Assembly (NCBI GenBank): GCA_015655335.1
Contig: JAATFF010000120.1
Span: 385-64,384, forward strand
Reading direction: 5' to 3'
DNA: 64,000 bases
Source of the DNA: Lysobacterales bacterium
Lineage (GTDB): Bacteria > Pseudomonadota > Gammaproteobacteria > Xanthomonadales > Rhodanobacteraceae
Below the pieces are notes generated by a model. The model did not search any database and was not told the DNA's origin. It was given only the letters and a program-made list of their open reading frames with translations. Below, one piece after another: positions 10,529-18,904 of this stretch (its first letter is position 1; each line of letters opens with the position of its first letter). The position numbers were made by a program, and so were the translations under genes.

Positions 10529-10576
10529 TTCGATTGCCATACAGAATCGCCAGAACGATCTCATGAGGACAGTGAC

Positions 10577-11110
10577 GTGACTACACCATTTGTGGGCGAA
10601 ATCCAGCTTTTCGGCTTCGGCCTTGCGCCGATTGGTTGGGCGTTGTGCGATGGTTCCACCCTGCAGATCAGGCAGTACACCGCGTTGTATTCGCTAATCG
10701 GAACGATTTACGGCGGTAATGGCAGCACGACATTCCAGCTCCCCAATCTGATGGCGCGCGCACCGTGCAGCCAGGGCGCGGGACCGGGCCTGACACCTCG
10801 CGTTGCAGGCGAAACCTTCGGGGACCCGCAGGTAACCCTTTTGCAGTCCACCATGCCCTCGCATAACCATGTCATGACGCTGTTTGAGCAAACGGATTCG
10901 GCCAAGCGCGTAGGCGCGCCAGCGACGAACTACGGTGTGTTGTCGCCGGGCAACACCAGTACGTTCGTGAACAATACGAATCCCAATGTCGGATTTTCGC
11001 CGAGTACGATCGGACCCATGGGCAACAATCTTCCACACGAAAATCGCCAGCCCTACCTGGCGTTGAATTTCTGTATTGCCTTGCAAGGCCAATTTCCAAG
11101 TTTTGGCTAA
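10577..11110 (+). CDS. Phage tail-collar domain protein, paralog 3
   Basis: PFVGEIQLFGF..AP.GWALCDG, LYSLIGT.YGGNG.TTFQLP, PHENRQPYLALNFCIALQG. GTG start with RBS GAGGA. Confidence 0.9.
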   Translation: MTTPFVGEIQLFGFGLAPIGWALCDGSTLQIRQYTALYSLIGTIYGGNGSTTFQLPNLMARAPCSQGAGPGLTPRVAGETFGDPQVTLLQSTMPSHNHVMTLFEQTDSAKRVGAPATNYGVLSPGNTSTFVNNTNPNVGFSPSTIGPMGNNLPHENRQPYLALNFCIALQGQFPSFG

Positions 11111-11679
11111 TGAGCATCACGGTCGCGTCGTTTCCCGCGCCAACCCCTGATGCAACCGCGTGCGCCGCTGCGCTGGGCACACGCGGTTTTTCGCTACGCA
11201 CCGCTACCCTGGACGATGTGTCGTTCTTGCGCGAGCTATACGGACTCCTGCGCCTGGACGAGGTGAACGCCATATCGTGGCCCGACACCGCCAAGCAGGC
11301 GTTTCTCGACAGCCAATTCAGCCTGCAACACCATCATTTTGTCACGCATTATCCATCGACCGATTTCTTCGTGATCGAAAGCGAAGGAACGAGCGTCGGC
11401 CGCTTTTATCTCATGCGCGAGCGGCCGTATTTTCTGATCGTCGATGTCGCGTTGCTGCCTCCATGGCGCGGACGGGGCCTGGGCACGCTTTTATTGGAAG
11501 GAGCCAAGAGGCTGGCGATGGAAAGCGGCGCTATGGGGATCGACTTGCATGTAGACGAACGCAACGCAGCCGCGCGGCAGCTCTACACGCGATTGGGCTT
11601 CACGCAAACGCAGCAGGAAGGTCCGTACCTCGGCATGCGTTGGACGTGTGCCTCCGAGACTCAGTTGAATACCGCCTGA
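11110..11679 (+). CDS. GNAT family N-acetyltransferase
   Basis: IVDVALLPPWRGRGLGT acetyl-CoA motif and N.AARQLY.RLGF. Translationally coupled (TAATG) to paralog 3. Confidence 0.9.
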   Translation: MSITVASFPAPTPDATACAAALGTRGFSLRTATLDDVSFLRELYGLLRLDEVNAISWPDTAKQAFLDSQFSLQHHHFVTHYPSTDFFVIESEGTSVGRFYLMRERPYFLIVDVALLPPWRGRGLGTLLLEGAKRLAMESGAMGIDLHVDERNAAARQLYTRLGFTQTQQEGPYLGMRWTCASETQLNTA

Positions 11680-11954
11680 TACACAAACCCTGGTTCGTGG
11701 CGCGCAACGGGCACCAGAAAAATCTCCACCTCGCCGATGTCCGGGTGACCCATCCGATAGATGCCCTGGGGGAAAAGCACCTGGGAGGCATTGTGAAAAA
11801 GCAACGAGAACGGCGATCGCGTCATACCCTGCAGTAATGGAGTACGCAAAGGTTGCGCTTCCACCAAGGTGAACGCCGTATCGCCGTGTTCGGTCGCTAC
11901 GGTGAAATGCTTGGCGAGATGCTCGGCAAAATACTGAAGCGTCAGATCTTGCAT
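11661..11954 (-). CDS. DUF6916-family small beta protein
   Basis: R.PFSLLF, PQGIY...HP..G..EIFLVP and YQAVFN terminus. Start at ATG 11954 with RBS GAGGG. Overlaps the GNAT 3' end by 19 bp. Confidence 0.75.
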   Translation of the reverse strand: MQDLTLQYFAEHLAKHFTVATEHGDTAFTLVEAQPLRTPLLQGMTRSPFSLLFHNASQVLFPQGIYRMGHPDIGEVEIFLVPVARHEPGFVYQAVFN

Positions 11955-12033
11955 GGTGCCCTCAGGTTTTCTCGTCGCGGGATGGAAAGTTTCACACAAA
12001 GCTGCGGTTATCGCGACGGGACATGTTGCGCGC

Positions 12034-15000
12034 TCAAGAAACAGGGATCGCCTTGCCCAAGGCACGCAAGCGCTTCTTCTCCGCACGGCGCGCTTTGCGC
12101 AAGGCTTTGCGTTCACGCCGGTCGTGCTGCCACAGATAGATCGCCGGTGTGCTGAGCAGCGTCAGCAGCTGCGAAACAAACAGGCCGCCGAGAATGGCGA
12201 TGCCCAGCGGCTGGCGCATCTCCGAACCGATGCCAAAACCAATCGCCAGTGGCAATGCAGCACCCATCGCGACAAGTGTTGTCATGGTGATCGGGCGAAA
12301 ACGAACGAGCGCGGCTTCACGGATGGCTTCCGGGGGCGAACGACCATGTTCGCGTTCGGTGACCAGCGCAAAGTCCACCATCAAGATAGCGTTCTTCTTC
12401 ACGATGCCGATCAGCATCAGCACGGCGATCACCGACATCGTCGACAGCTGCGTGTGCGTGATCAGCATCGCCAGGAACGCGCCCATGCCTGCCGCGGGCA
12501 AGGTGGAAAGAATGGTCAACGGATGGATCAGGCTCTCGTAGAGAATGCCGAGCACGATGTACATCGCCAGGATGACCGCGATAAAGATCACCGCCGCATT
12601 GGTGGCCGCATCCACCAGCTTCTGGTTGTCGCCAGTGAATTTCTTCATCACGCCAGACGGCAGCTGTGCGGCGAACATGGCCTGGTCGATCAGCTTCAGG
12701 CCATCGGTTTGCGTCACGCCATCGGCCAGGTTGTAGTTAATGGTCGCCGATTCGAGCTGGTTGTAATGCTGGATGTCGATCGGTTCGATGAAGGGGCGGA
12801 TAAGCGCCATCGCCGACAGCGGCACCATCTTGTTCTGGCTGTTGCGCACATACATGTTCAGGAGTGTCTGCGGACTCAATGAATTGGCGTCATCGGCGAT
12901 CAGGATCACCTGATATTGATTGAGATCCGAATAGATCACCGACACGGGCGTCTGCCCGAAGGCATCGGCGAGTAGCTGGTCAATCTGGCCCATGCTCACT
13001 TGCAGCCGCGAAGCGGCATTGCGATCGATTTCCAGCCGCTGCTGTTTGCCGATGCTGTCGAAGCTGGTGCTGACATCGCGGAACTGCTTCATCTTGCGCA
13101 TCACCTGCGCAAGTTTCAGCGTCGGTTGCTGCAGTGCCTGGCTAGTAGTGCTGGTCAAGTCGAACGCGTATTTGCCCTTGGCCTTGCTACCGGTATTGCT
13201 GGTGAAAAAGCCGATGCTGGTGAGCGTGATCTGAACGTCGGTCAGCTTCTGGTACTGCTTGTTCAATCGCGCGATGACTTTGTCCGCGGAGTCCTTGCGT
13301 TGGCCGGGGCCATCACCATGCGGTTTGAGATCGATGAAATACGTCGCTTCGTTGGCGACCGCGCCGTTGGTGTTGTTGCCGCCGAGAAACGAGGTGACAT
13401 CGAGCACCGCTGGATCGGCCAACATCACATCTTCAAGTGCTTGCGTGCGCTTGGCCAACAGAGCCGGCGAGATGTTGGCGTCTGCCACCAGATCCGCTTC
13501 GACCTTGCCGGTGTCGCCTTCCGGCATCAGCGTGCCGCCGGCGGTCTTGGCCACCGCCATGGCAAGCACGACCGTCAAGATCAGCAGCAACAGCGGTTGC
13601 CAACGCATGATGCGGCGATGGCGCATGGCCCAGTCCAGCGCGGTCGAATAGATGCGCAGCAGGCTTCGGTCGAAGCGCTCCACAGCCAGCTCCAGTTTCC
13701 CCGGCTTCGCGTCGGATTGTTCGCGCATAAGGTAGCGGCCGCACAGCGCAGGCGTGAGCGTGAGAGAAACCAACGCGGAAATCACGATGGTCGCGATCAG
13801 CGTGACCGAGAATTCGCGCATCAGCATGACCATCGCGTTGTGCCCGAACACCATCGGTGCGAACACAGCGATTAGCGACAGGGTGATGGAGATCACCGTA
13901 AAGCCGATCTCGCGCACACCGATAAGCGATGCCTGCAACGGATCGGTGCCTTGCTCCATATGGCGAAAGATGTTCTCGATCACCACGATGGCATCGTCCA
14001 CCACGAAGCCGATGCACAGCACCAGCGCGATCAACGACAACATGTTGAGGGTAAAGCCGAGCGCATACATCAGCACGAACGCGCCGGCCAGCGACAGCGG
14101 TACGCTCAGCATGGCTATCACAGTCGGACGTACACGACGCAAGAACACCAGCATCACCGCCGCGACCATCAAGACGCTAAGCATCAGCGCCACTTCCACT
14201 TCGCGCAGCGTCGATTTGGTGGAATCGGTAAGGTCGAAGATCGGTGTGATCTTTACATCGGCCGGCACCAGCGCTTCCAGTCGCGGCACCGTATCCCTGA
14301 TGCTTTGCGCCAGTTGTACGGCGTTGGCTTCCGGGCGCTTCATCACCTGCAAAATCACGGCATGCTGGTCGTTGAACCACGCGGCCTGGTACGCATCTTG
14401 TTGACCATCGGCCACCGTCGCCACATCGGAGAGCCGCACCGGCACGCCTTTCTGATTGGCAATCACCAGCGATGCGTAGTCGCGCGCCCTGATCAATCCA
14501 TCGTTGGCGCTCACGGTCATTTGTGTCACGCCGTCACTGAGAATACCTTGTGGCGAAGTGACATTGGCGGCGCGCAGTACATTGGCCACGTCGTTGGCGG
14601 TCAGTCCCTTTGCCGTCAATGCGCTGCTGTTGAGCGACACACGCACGGCATGCGGCGTGCCACCGATCAGCTGTGCTTGCGCAACACCGGGAATTTGCGC
14701 AATCGCCGGACGCATCAGCGTGTCGGCCAGATCGTAGAGTTTGTCCGGGGCCATGCTGGTAGAGGTCATGGACATCAGCAGCACCGGAATCTGCGTGGTG
14801 TCGGCCTTGAACAATTGCGGCGGCGCCAACGCCATTACCGCGGGCAGATCGGGCATCGCGGCATTGATCGCCGCGTCGACATCGCGTGCCGCGTCATCGG
14901 CACTGCGCGATGTGTCAAAAAGAATCTGGATTTGCGTGCCGCCGGGATTGGCATCCGAGGTCATCTGCTGGATACCGGGGATGCGGCCGAACTGGCGTTC

Positions 15001-15201
15001 CAGCGGCGCCGTCACCGTCGCCGCTACCGTTTGCGCATCTGCTCCGGGAAGCAGCGCCTGTACGGTGACGGCGGGGAACTGCATGGAGGGAAACGCGGCC
15101 AGGCCCAGTACCAGGTACGCACAAAAGCCGGCGATCACCAGCCCGATCGCCAGCAACGACGTGGCGGCCGGGCGACGGATGATGGGCTCGAAAATATTCA
15201 T
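12034..15201 (-). CDS. RND efflux permease (HAE1, MdtB/MdtC-like), copy 3
   Basis: 1055 aa. IRRP N-terminus, GFVVDDAIVVIENI, GIVKKNAILMVDFAL, RFRPITMTT. Confidence 0.95.
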   Translation of the reverse strand: MNIFEPIIRRPAATSLLAIGLVIAGFCAYLVLGLAAFPSMQFPAVTVQALLPGADAQTVAATVTAPLERQFGRIPGIQQMTSDANPGGTQIQILFDTSRSADDAARDVDAAINAAMPDLPAVMALAPPQLFKADTTQIPVLLMSMTSTSMAPDKLYDLADTLMRPAIAQIPGVAQAQLIGGTPHAVRVSLNSSALTAKGLTANDVANVLRAANVTSPQGILSDGVTQMTVSANDGLIRARDYASLVIANQKGVPVRLSDVATVADGQQDAYQAAWFNDQHAVILQVMKRPEANAVQLAQSIRDTVPRLEALVPADVKITPIFDLTDSTKSTLREVEVALMLSVLMVAAVMLVFLRRVRPTVIAMLSVPLSLAGAFVLMYALGFTLNMLSLIALVLCIGFVVDDAIVVIENIFRHMEQGTDPLQASLIGVREIGFTVISITLSLIAVFAPMVFGHNAMVMLMREFSVTLIATIVISALVSLTLTPALCGRYLMREQSDAKPGKLELAVERFDRSLLRIYSTALDWAMRHRRIMRWQPLLLLILTVVLAMAVAKTAGGTLMPEGDTGKVEADLVADANISPALLAKRTQALEDVMLADPAVLDVTSFLGGNNTNGAVANEATYFIDLKPHGDGPGQRKDSADKVIARLNKQYQKLTDVQITLTSIGFFTSNTGSKAKGKYAFDLTSTTSQALQQPTLKLAQVMRKMKQFRDVSTSFDSIGKQQRLEIDRNAASRLQVSMGQIDQLLADAFGQTPVSVIYSDLNQYQVILIADDANSLSPQTLLNMYVRNSQNKMVPLSAMALIRPFIEPIDIQHYNQLESATINYNLADGVTQTDGLKLIDQAMFAAQLPSGVMKKFTGDNQKLVDAATNAAVIFIAVILAMYIVLGILYESLIHPLTILSTLPAAGMGAFLAMLITHTQLSTMSVIAVLMLIGIVKKNAILMVDFALVTEREHGRSPPEAIREAALVRFRPITMTTLVAMGAALPLAIGFGIGSEMRQPLGIAILGGLFVSQLLTLLSTPAIYLWQHDRRERKALRKARRAEKKRLRALGKAIPVS

Positions 15202-15300
15202 GCGCTTACTGTCACGTTTGCATCATCCGTCCAATGGTGGAGTGGGCCTCGACCTCATGCGCTGCAGGTTATGCACTATGAATGGCCCTATCCCAAAGCA

Positions 15301-15363
15301 CTTCATACGCGTGCAAGCGCGTCGGCAAATGTGCCTTTAGTCCGTTCCATGCCAGAAGGCATG
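15301..15363 (-). promoter_or_regulatory. Conserved RND upstream motif, copy A
   Basis: Plus strand GCAAATGTGCCTTTAGTCCG..CATGCCAGAAGGCATG, ~124 bp upstream of start 15201. Shared with 18781 and 22189. Confidence 0.7.
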
Positions 15364-15432
15364 TGCATCTGGCATGGATGCGCGAACGATTACGTTTGGT
15401 TTTCGTTCTCGGCGGCTGTGGTGAGGTACGGA

Positions 15433-15464
15433 AACGTCATCCTAGCTTGCGCCAGGATGACGTT
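15433..15464. repeat. REP-like hairpin / possible terminator of the middle RND gene
   Basis: AACGTCATCCT-N10-AGGATGACGTT perfect 11-bp inverted repeat. Confidence 0.6.
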
Positions 15465-15482
15465 CTCAAGAGCTGCAGAGAC

Positions 15483-18400
15483 TTATTCCGTAGCAGGTAT
15501 TTGACGGCCCGATTCGCGCAAGCGCCGTTTCTCCGCACGGCGTGCCTTGCGCGCGGCTTTGCGCTCGCGGCGATCGTGTTGCCACAAATAAATCGCTGGC
15601 GTGCTGAGCAGTGTCAGCAATTGTGACACCAGCAGGCCGCCGAGAATGGCGATGCCTAACGGCTGACGCATCTCCGAACCGATGCCGAAACCGACCGCCA
15701 GCGGCAACGCCGCGCCCATCGCGACCAGCGTGGTCATGGTGATCGGGCGGAATCGCACCAGTGCCGCTTCGCGAATTGCCTCGGGCGGGCTGCGCCCGTG
15801 TTCGCGCTCGGCGACCAATGCAAAGTCCACCATCAGGATGGCGTTCTTTTTCACGATGCCGATCAGCATCAGCACCGCGATCACCGACATGGTAGTGAGC
15901 TGCGTTTGCGTTACAAGCATCGCCAGGAACGCACCCATGCCCGCGGCAGGAAGCGTGGAAAGAATCGTCAATGGATGGATCAGACTCTCATAGAGAATGC
16001 CCAGCACGATATACATCGCCATGATCACCGCGACCAGCAACAGCAGTGAGTTGGCGCCGCCTTCCTGCAGCCGCTGATTGTCGCCCGTGAACTGCTTGGC
16101 GATGCCGGATGGAACCTGCGCGTTGAGCATGGCGACATCGATGAGTTTAAGACCGTCGGTCTGCGTCACGCCATCGGAAAGGTTGTAATTGATCGATGCC
16201 GCTTCAAGCTGCTTGAAGTGCTGCACGTCGATGGGCGCGATATAGGGCTTGATATGCGCGATGGCCGACAGCGGCACCATTTTGTTCTGCGTGCTGCGTA
16301 CGTAGAGATTCAGCAAGGTTTCCGGCCGCAGCGAATCGGCGTTGTCGGCGACCAGAATCACTTGGTACTGATTGACGTCCGAATAGATGACCGACACCGG
16401 CGTCTGACCGAATGCATCGAACAACACCTGATCGACCTGGCCCATGCTCACCTGCATGCGCGAGGCGGCGTTGCGGTCCACTTCGATCAATTGCTGCTTG
16501 CCGATACTGTCGAAGCTGGTCGACACATCGCGGAATTGCTTCATTTTGCGCATTTCACGCGCAAGTCGCAGCGTGGGTTCCTGCAGCGGATCGCCGTTGT
16601 TGCTGGTGAGGTTGAAGGCGTATTGGCCTTTGGCGCCCCCGAAGGCACCGCCGTTATTGCCGAACAACTGCAGGCTTGTCACCGACACATCGGCGTCGGT
16701 CAGCTTCTTGAACTTCTCGCTCAGACGCGCAGCGACTTTGTCCGCCGAATCGTGACGATCATTCGGCCCCTTACCCATCGGTTTGAGGTCGATGAAAAAC
16801 GAAGCCTGATTGCCGACGCCGCCACCATTGTTGTTACCGCCGAGCACACTGGCGACGTCTTGCACCGCCGGATCGGCCAGGATCGTGGTGTAGACGGTCT
16901 GCGTGCGCTTGGTCAGCAGTTCGGGCGAAATATTGGCATCGGCGACCAGGAAAGCCTGCGCAATACCCGAATCGCTCTTGGGCATGAAGCCGCCGCCAGC
17001 GGTTTTCACTACCGCCCAGCCCAAGACGATCGTCAACACCAACAGCAGGATAGGTTGCCAACGCATGATGCGGCGATGGCGCATGGCCCAATTGAGGCCC
17101 TTTTCGTAAATCGCCAGCATCCAGCGATCGAAACGTTCGGCGATCTGCTCCAGCCGCCCCGGTACATGCTGCCCTGGTTGCTCGCGCGTGAGGTAGCGGC
17201 CGCACAGCGCAGGCGTAAGCGTGAGCGACACCATCGCGGAAATAATGATGGTCGAAATCAACGTGACCGAAAACTCGCGCATCACCATCACCAGGCCGCT
17301 GTGGCCGAACAGCAGCGGTGCGAACACGGCGATCAGCGAGAGCGTGATGGAAATGACGGTGAAACCAATCTCGCGCACGCCTATCAGCGCGGCTTCCAGC
17401 GGCTCGGTGCCCTGTTCCATATGGCGAAAGATGTTCTCGATCACCACGATGGCATCGTCGACGACGAATCCGATGCACAACACCAGCGCGATCAGCGACA
17501 ACATATTGAGCGTGAAGCCGAAGCCCCACATCACCACGAACGCGCCGGCCAGCGACAGCGGGACACTCATCATGGCAATCACGGTCGGCCGCGCGCGGCG
17601 CAGAAACACGAGCATCACCAACGCCACCATCACGATGCTGAGCAGCAGCGCCAATTCGACTTCGTGCAGTGCCGAGGTCGTCGATGCGGTCAGATCGAAA
17701 ATCGGCGTGATCTGCACGTCAGCAGGCAGCGTCGATTTCAACAGCGGTATGGAATCCTTGATTTGCTTCACCAGGGCCGCTGCATTGGCTTCGGGACGCT
17801 TGTTGATGTTCAGTCCGACCGCGTGCTGGGTGTTGAACCACGCCGCCTGATAGATATCCTGCTGACCGCTTTCGACAGTGGCGACGTCGGAGAGATGAAC
17901 GGGTATGCCTTTTTGATTGGCGATGACCAGCGACGCGAAATCGCTGGCGGTTCTCAGCGAATCGTTGGCGGTGACCGTCATCTGCCTTACGCCATCCGAC
18001 AGCACGCCTTGCGGCGAAGTGACGTTGGCAGCGCGCAACACGTTCGCCACGTCGTTGGCGACCAAACCCTTGGCGGTTAGCGCAGCGCTGTTGAGCGACA
18101 CGCGCACGGCATGCGGCGCACCACCCTGCACCTGTACCTGCGCGACGCCATCGATCTGCGAGACCAACGGCTTCATGTAGCTGTCGGCCAGATCGTAAAG
18201 CTTGTCCGGCGCCATGCTGGTAGATGTCACTTCGAGCAGCAGCACCGGTATCTGCGACGTGTCGAATTTGAAATACTGAGGTGGCGACGACGCCATCTGC
18301 TGCGGCAATTGCGGCATGGCGGCATTGATCGCCGCCTGCACATCACGCGCAGCCCGGTCGACGTTCGTGCCCATGTCGAACTGGATGATGATCTGCGTCG

Positions 18401-18662
18401 CACCCTCGCTCGTATCCGAGTCGATTTCCTCGACACCGGGAATGCGGCCGAGCTGGCGCTCCAGCGGTGCGGTGACCGTGGTGGCCATGGTCTCCGCGCT
18501 GGCGCCGGACATCTGCGCCGCCACGGCGATGCCCGGAAACTGCAGCGATGGAAAGGCGGCCAGCCCAAGCTCGATGTACGCGCAAATGCCCGCGATAAGC
18601 ACGCCAATGGCGAGTAGCGACGTGCCTGCCGGACGGCGAATGATCGGCGCGAAAATATTCAT
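15483..18662 (-). CDS. RND efflux permease (HAE1, MdtB/MdtC-like), copy 2
   Basis: 1059 aa. Same proton-relay motifs; close paralog of its neighbours. Confidence 0.95.
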   Translation of the reverse strand: MNIFAPIIRRPAGTSLLAIGVLIAGICAYIELGLAAFPSLQFPGIAVAAQMSGASAETMATTVTAPLERQLGRIPGVEEIDSDTSEGATQIIIQFDMGTNVDRAARDVQAAINAAMPQLPQQMASSPPQYFKFDTSQIPVLLLEVTSTSMAPDKLYDLADSYMKPLVSQIDGVAQVQVQGGAPHAVRVSLNSAALTAKGLVANDVANVLRAANVTSPQGVLSDGVRQMTVTANDSLRTASDFASLVIANQKGIPVHLSDVATVESGQQDIYQAAWFNTQHAVGLNINKRPEANAAALVKQIKDSIPLLKSTLPADVQITPIFDLTASTTSALHEVELALLLSIVMVALVMLVFLRRARPTVIAMMSVPLSLAGAFVVMWGFGFTLNMLSLIALVLCIGFVVDDAIVVIENIFRHMEQGTEPLEAALIGVREIGFTVISITLSLIAVFAPLLFGHSGLVMVMREFSVTLISTIIISAMVSLTLTPALCGRYLTREQPGQHVPGRLEQIAERFDRWMLAIYEKGLNWAMRHRRIMRWQPILLLVLTIVLGWAVVKTAGGGFMPKSDSGIAQAFLVADANISPELLTKRTQTVYTTILADPAVQDVASVLGGNNNGGGVGNQASFFIDLKPMGKGPNDRHDSADKVAARLSEKFKKLTDADVSVTSLQLFGNNGGAFGGAKGQYAFNLTSNNGDPLQEPTLRLAREMRKMKQFRDVSTSFDSIGKQQLIEVDRNAASRMQVSMGQVDQVLFDAFGQTPVSVIYSDVNQYQVILVADNADSLRPETLLNLYVRSTQNKMVPLSAIAHIKPYIAPIDVQHFKQLEAASINYNLSDGVTQTDGLKLIDVAMLNAQVPSGIAKQFTGDNQRLQEGGANSLLLLVAVIMAMYIVLGILYESLIHPLTILSTLPAAGMGAFLAMLVTQTQLTTMSVIAVLMLIGIVKKNAILMVDFALVAEREHGRSPPEAIREAALVRFRPITMTTLVAMGAALPLAVGFGIGSEMRQPLGIAILGGLLVSQLLTLLSTPAIYLWQHDRRERKAARKARRAEKRRLRESGRQIPATE

Positions 18663-18756
18663 GCGACGGCACGCCCTTCCACACGGGGCGCGCGCAATCG
18701 ATCGAGGAGCCGGCCCTCTGCGGGGCGGCCACGGAACAGAGTCATATCCATAACGG

Positions 18757-18818
18757 CTTCATACCCTCCTGGGCGACCCGGCAAATGTGCCTGAAGTCCG
18801 GCCGTGCCGAAAGGCATG
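18757..18818 (-). promoter_or_regulatory. Conserved RND upstream motif, copy B
   Basis: CTTCATAC-N16-GCAAATGTGCCTGAAGTCCGGCCGTGCCGAAAGGCATG, ~119 bp upstream of start 18662. Confidence 0.7.
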
Positions 18819-18904
18819 CGCCCTTGTCATGGTCCACACGCAGGTGATTTAGTTCCCGGCCTGCGCGATGGCCCGGCGGGAATCGACCCATCCGGCGACC
18901 CGAC

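Noticed and set aside
9430-11110. Prophage or tailocin
   Set aside because: Only collar-domain genes are present; no structural, packaging, lysis or integrase genes.
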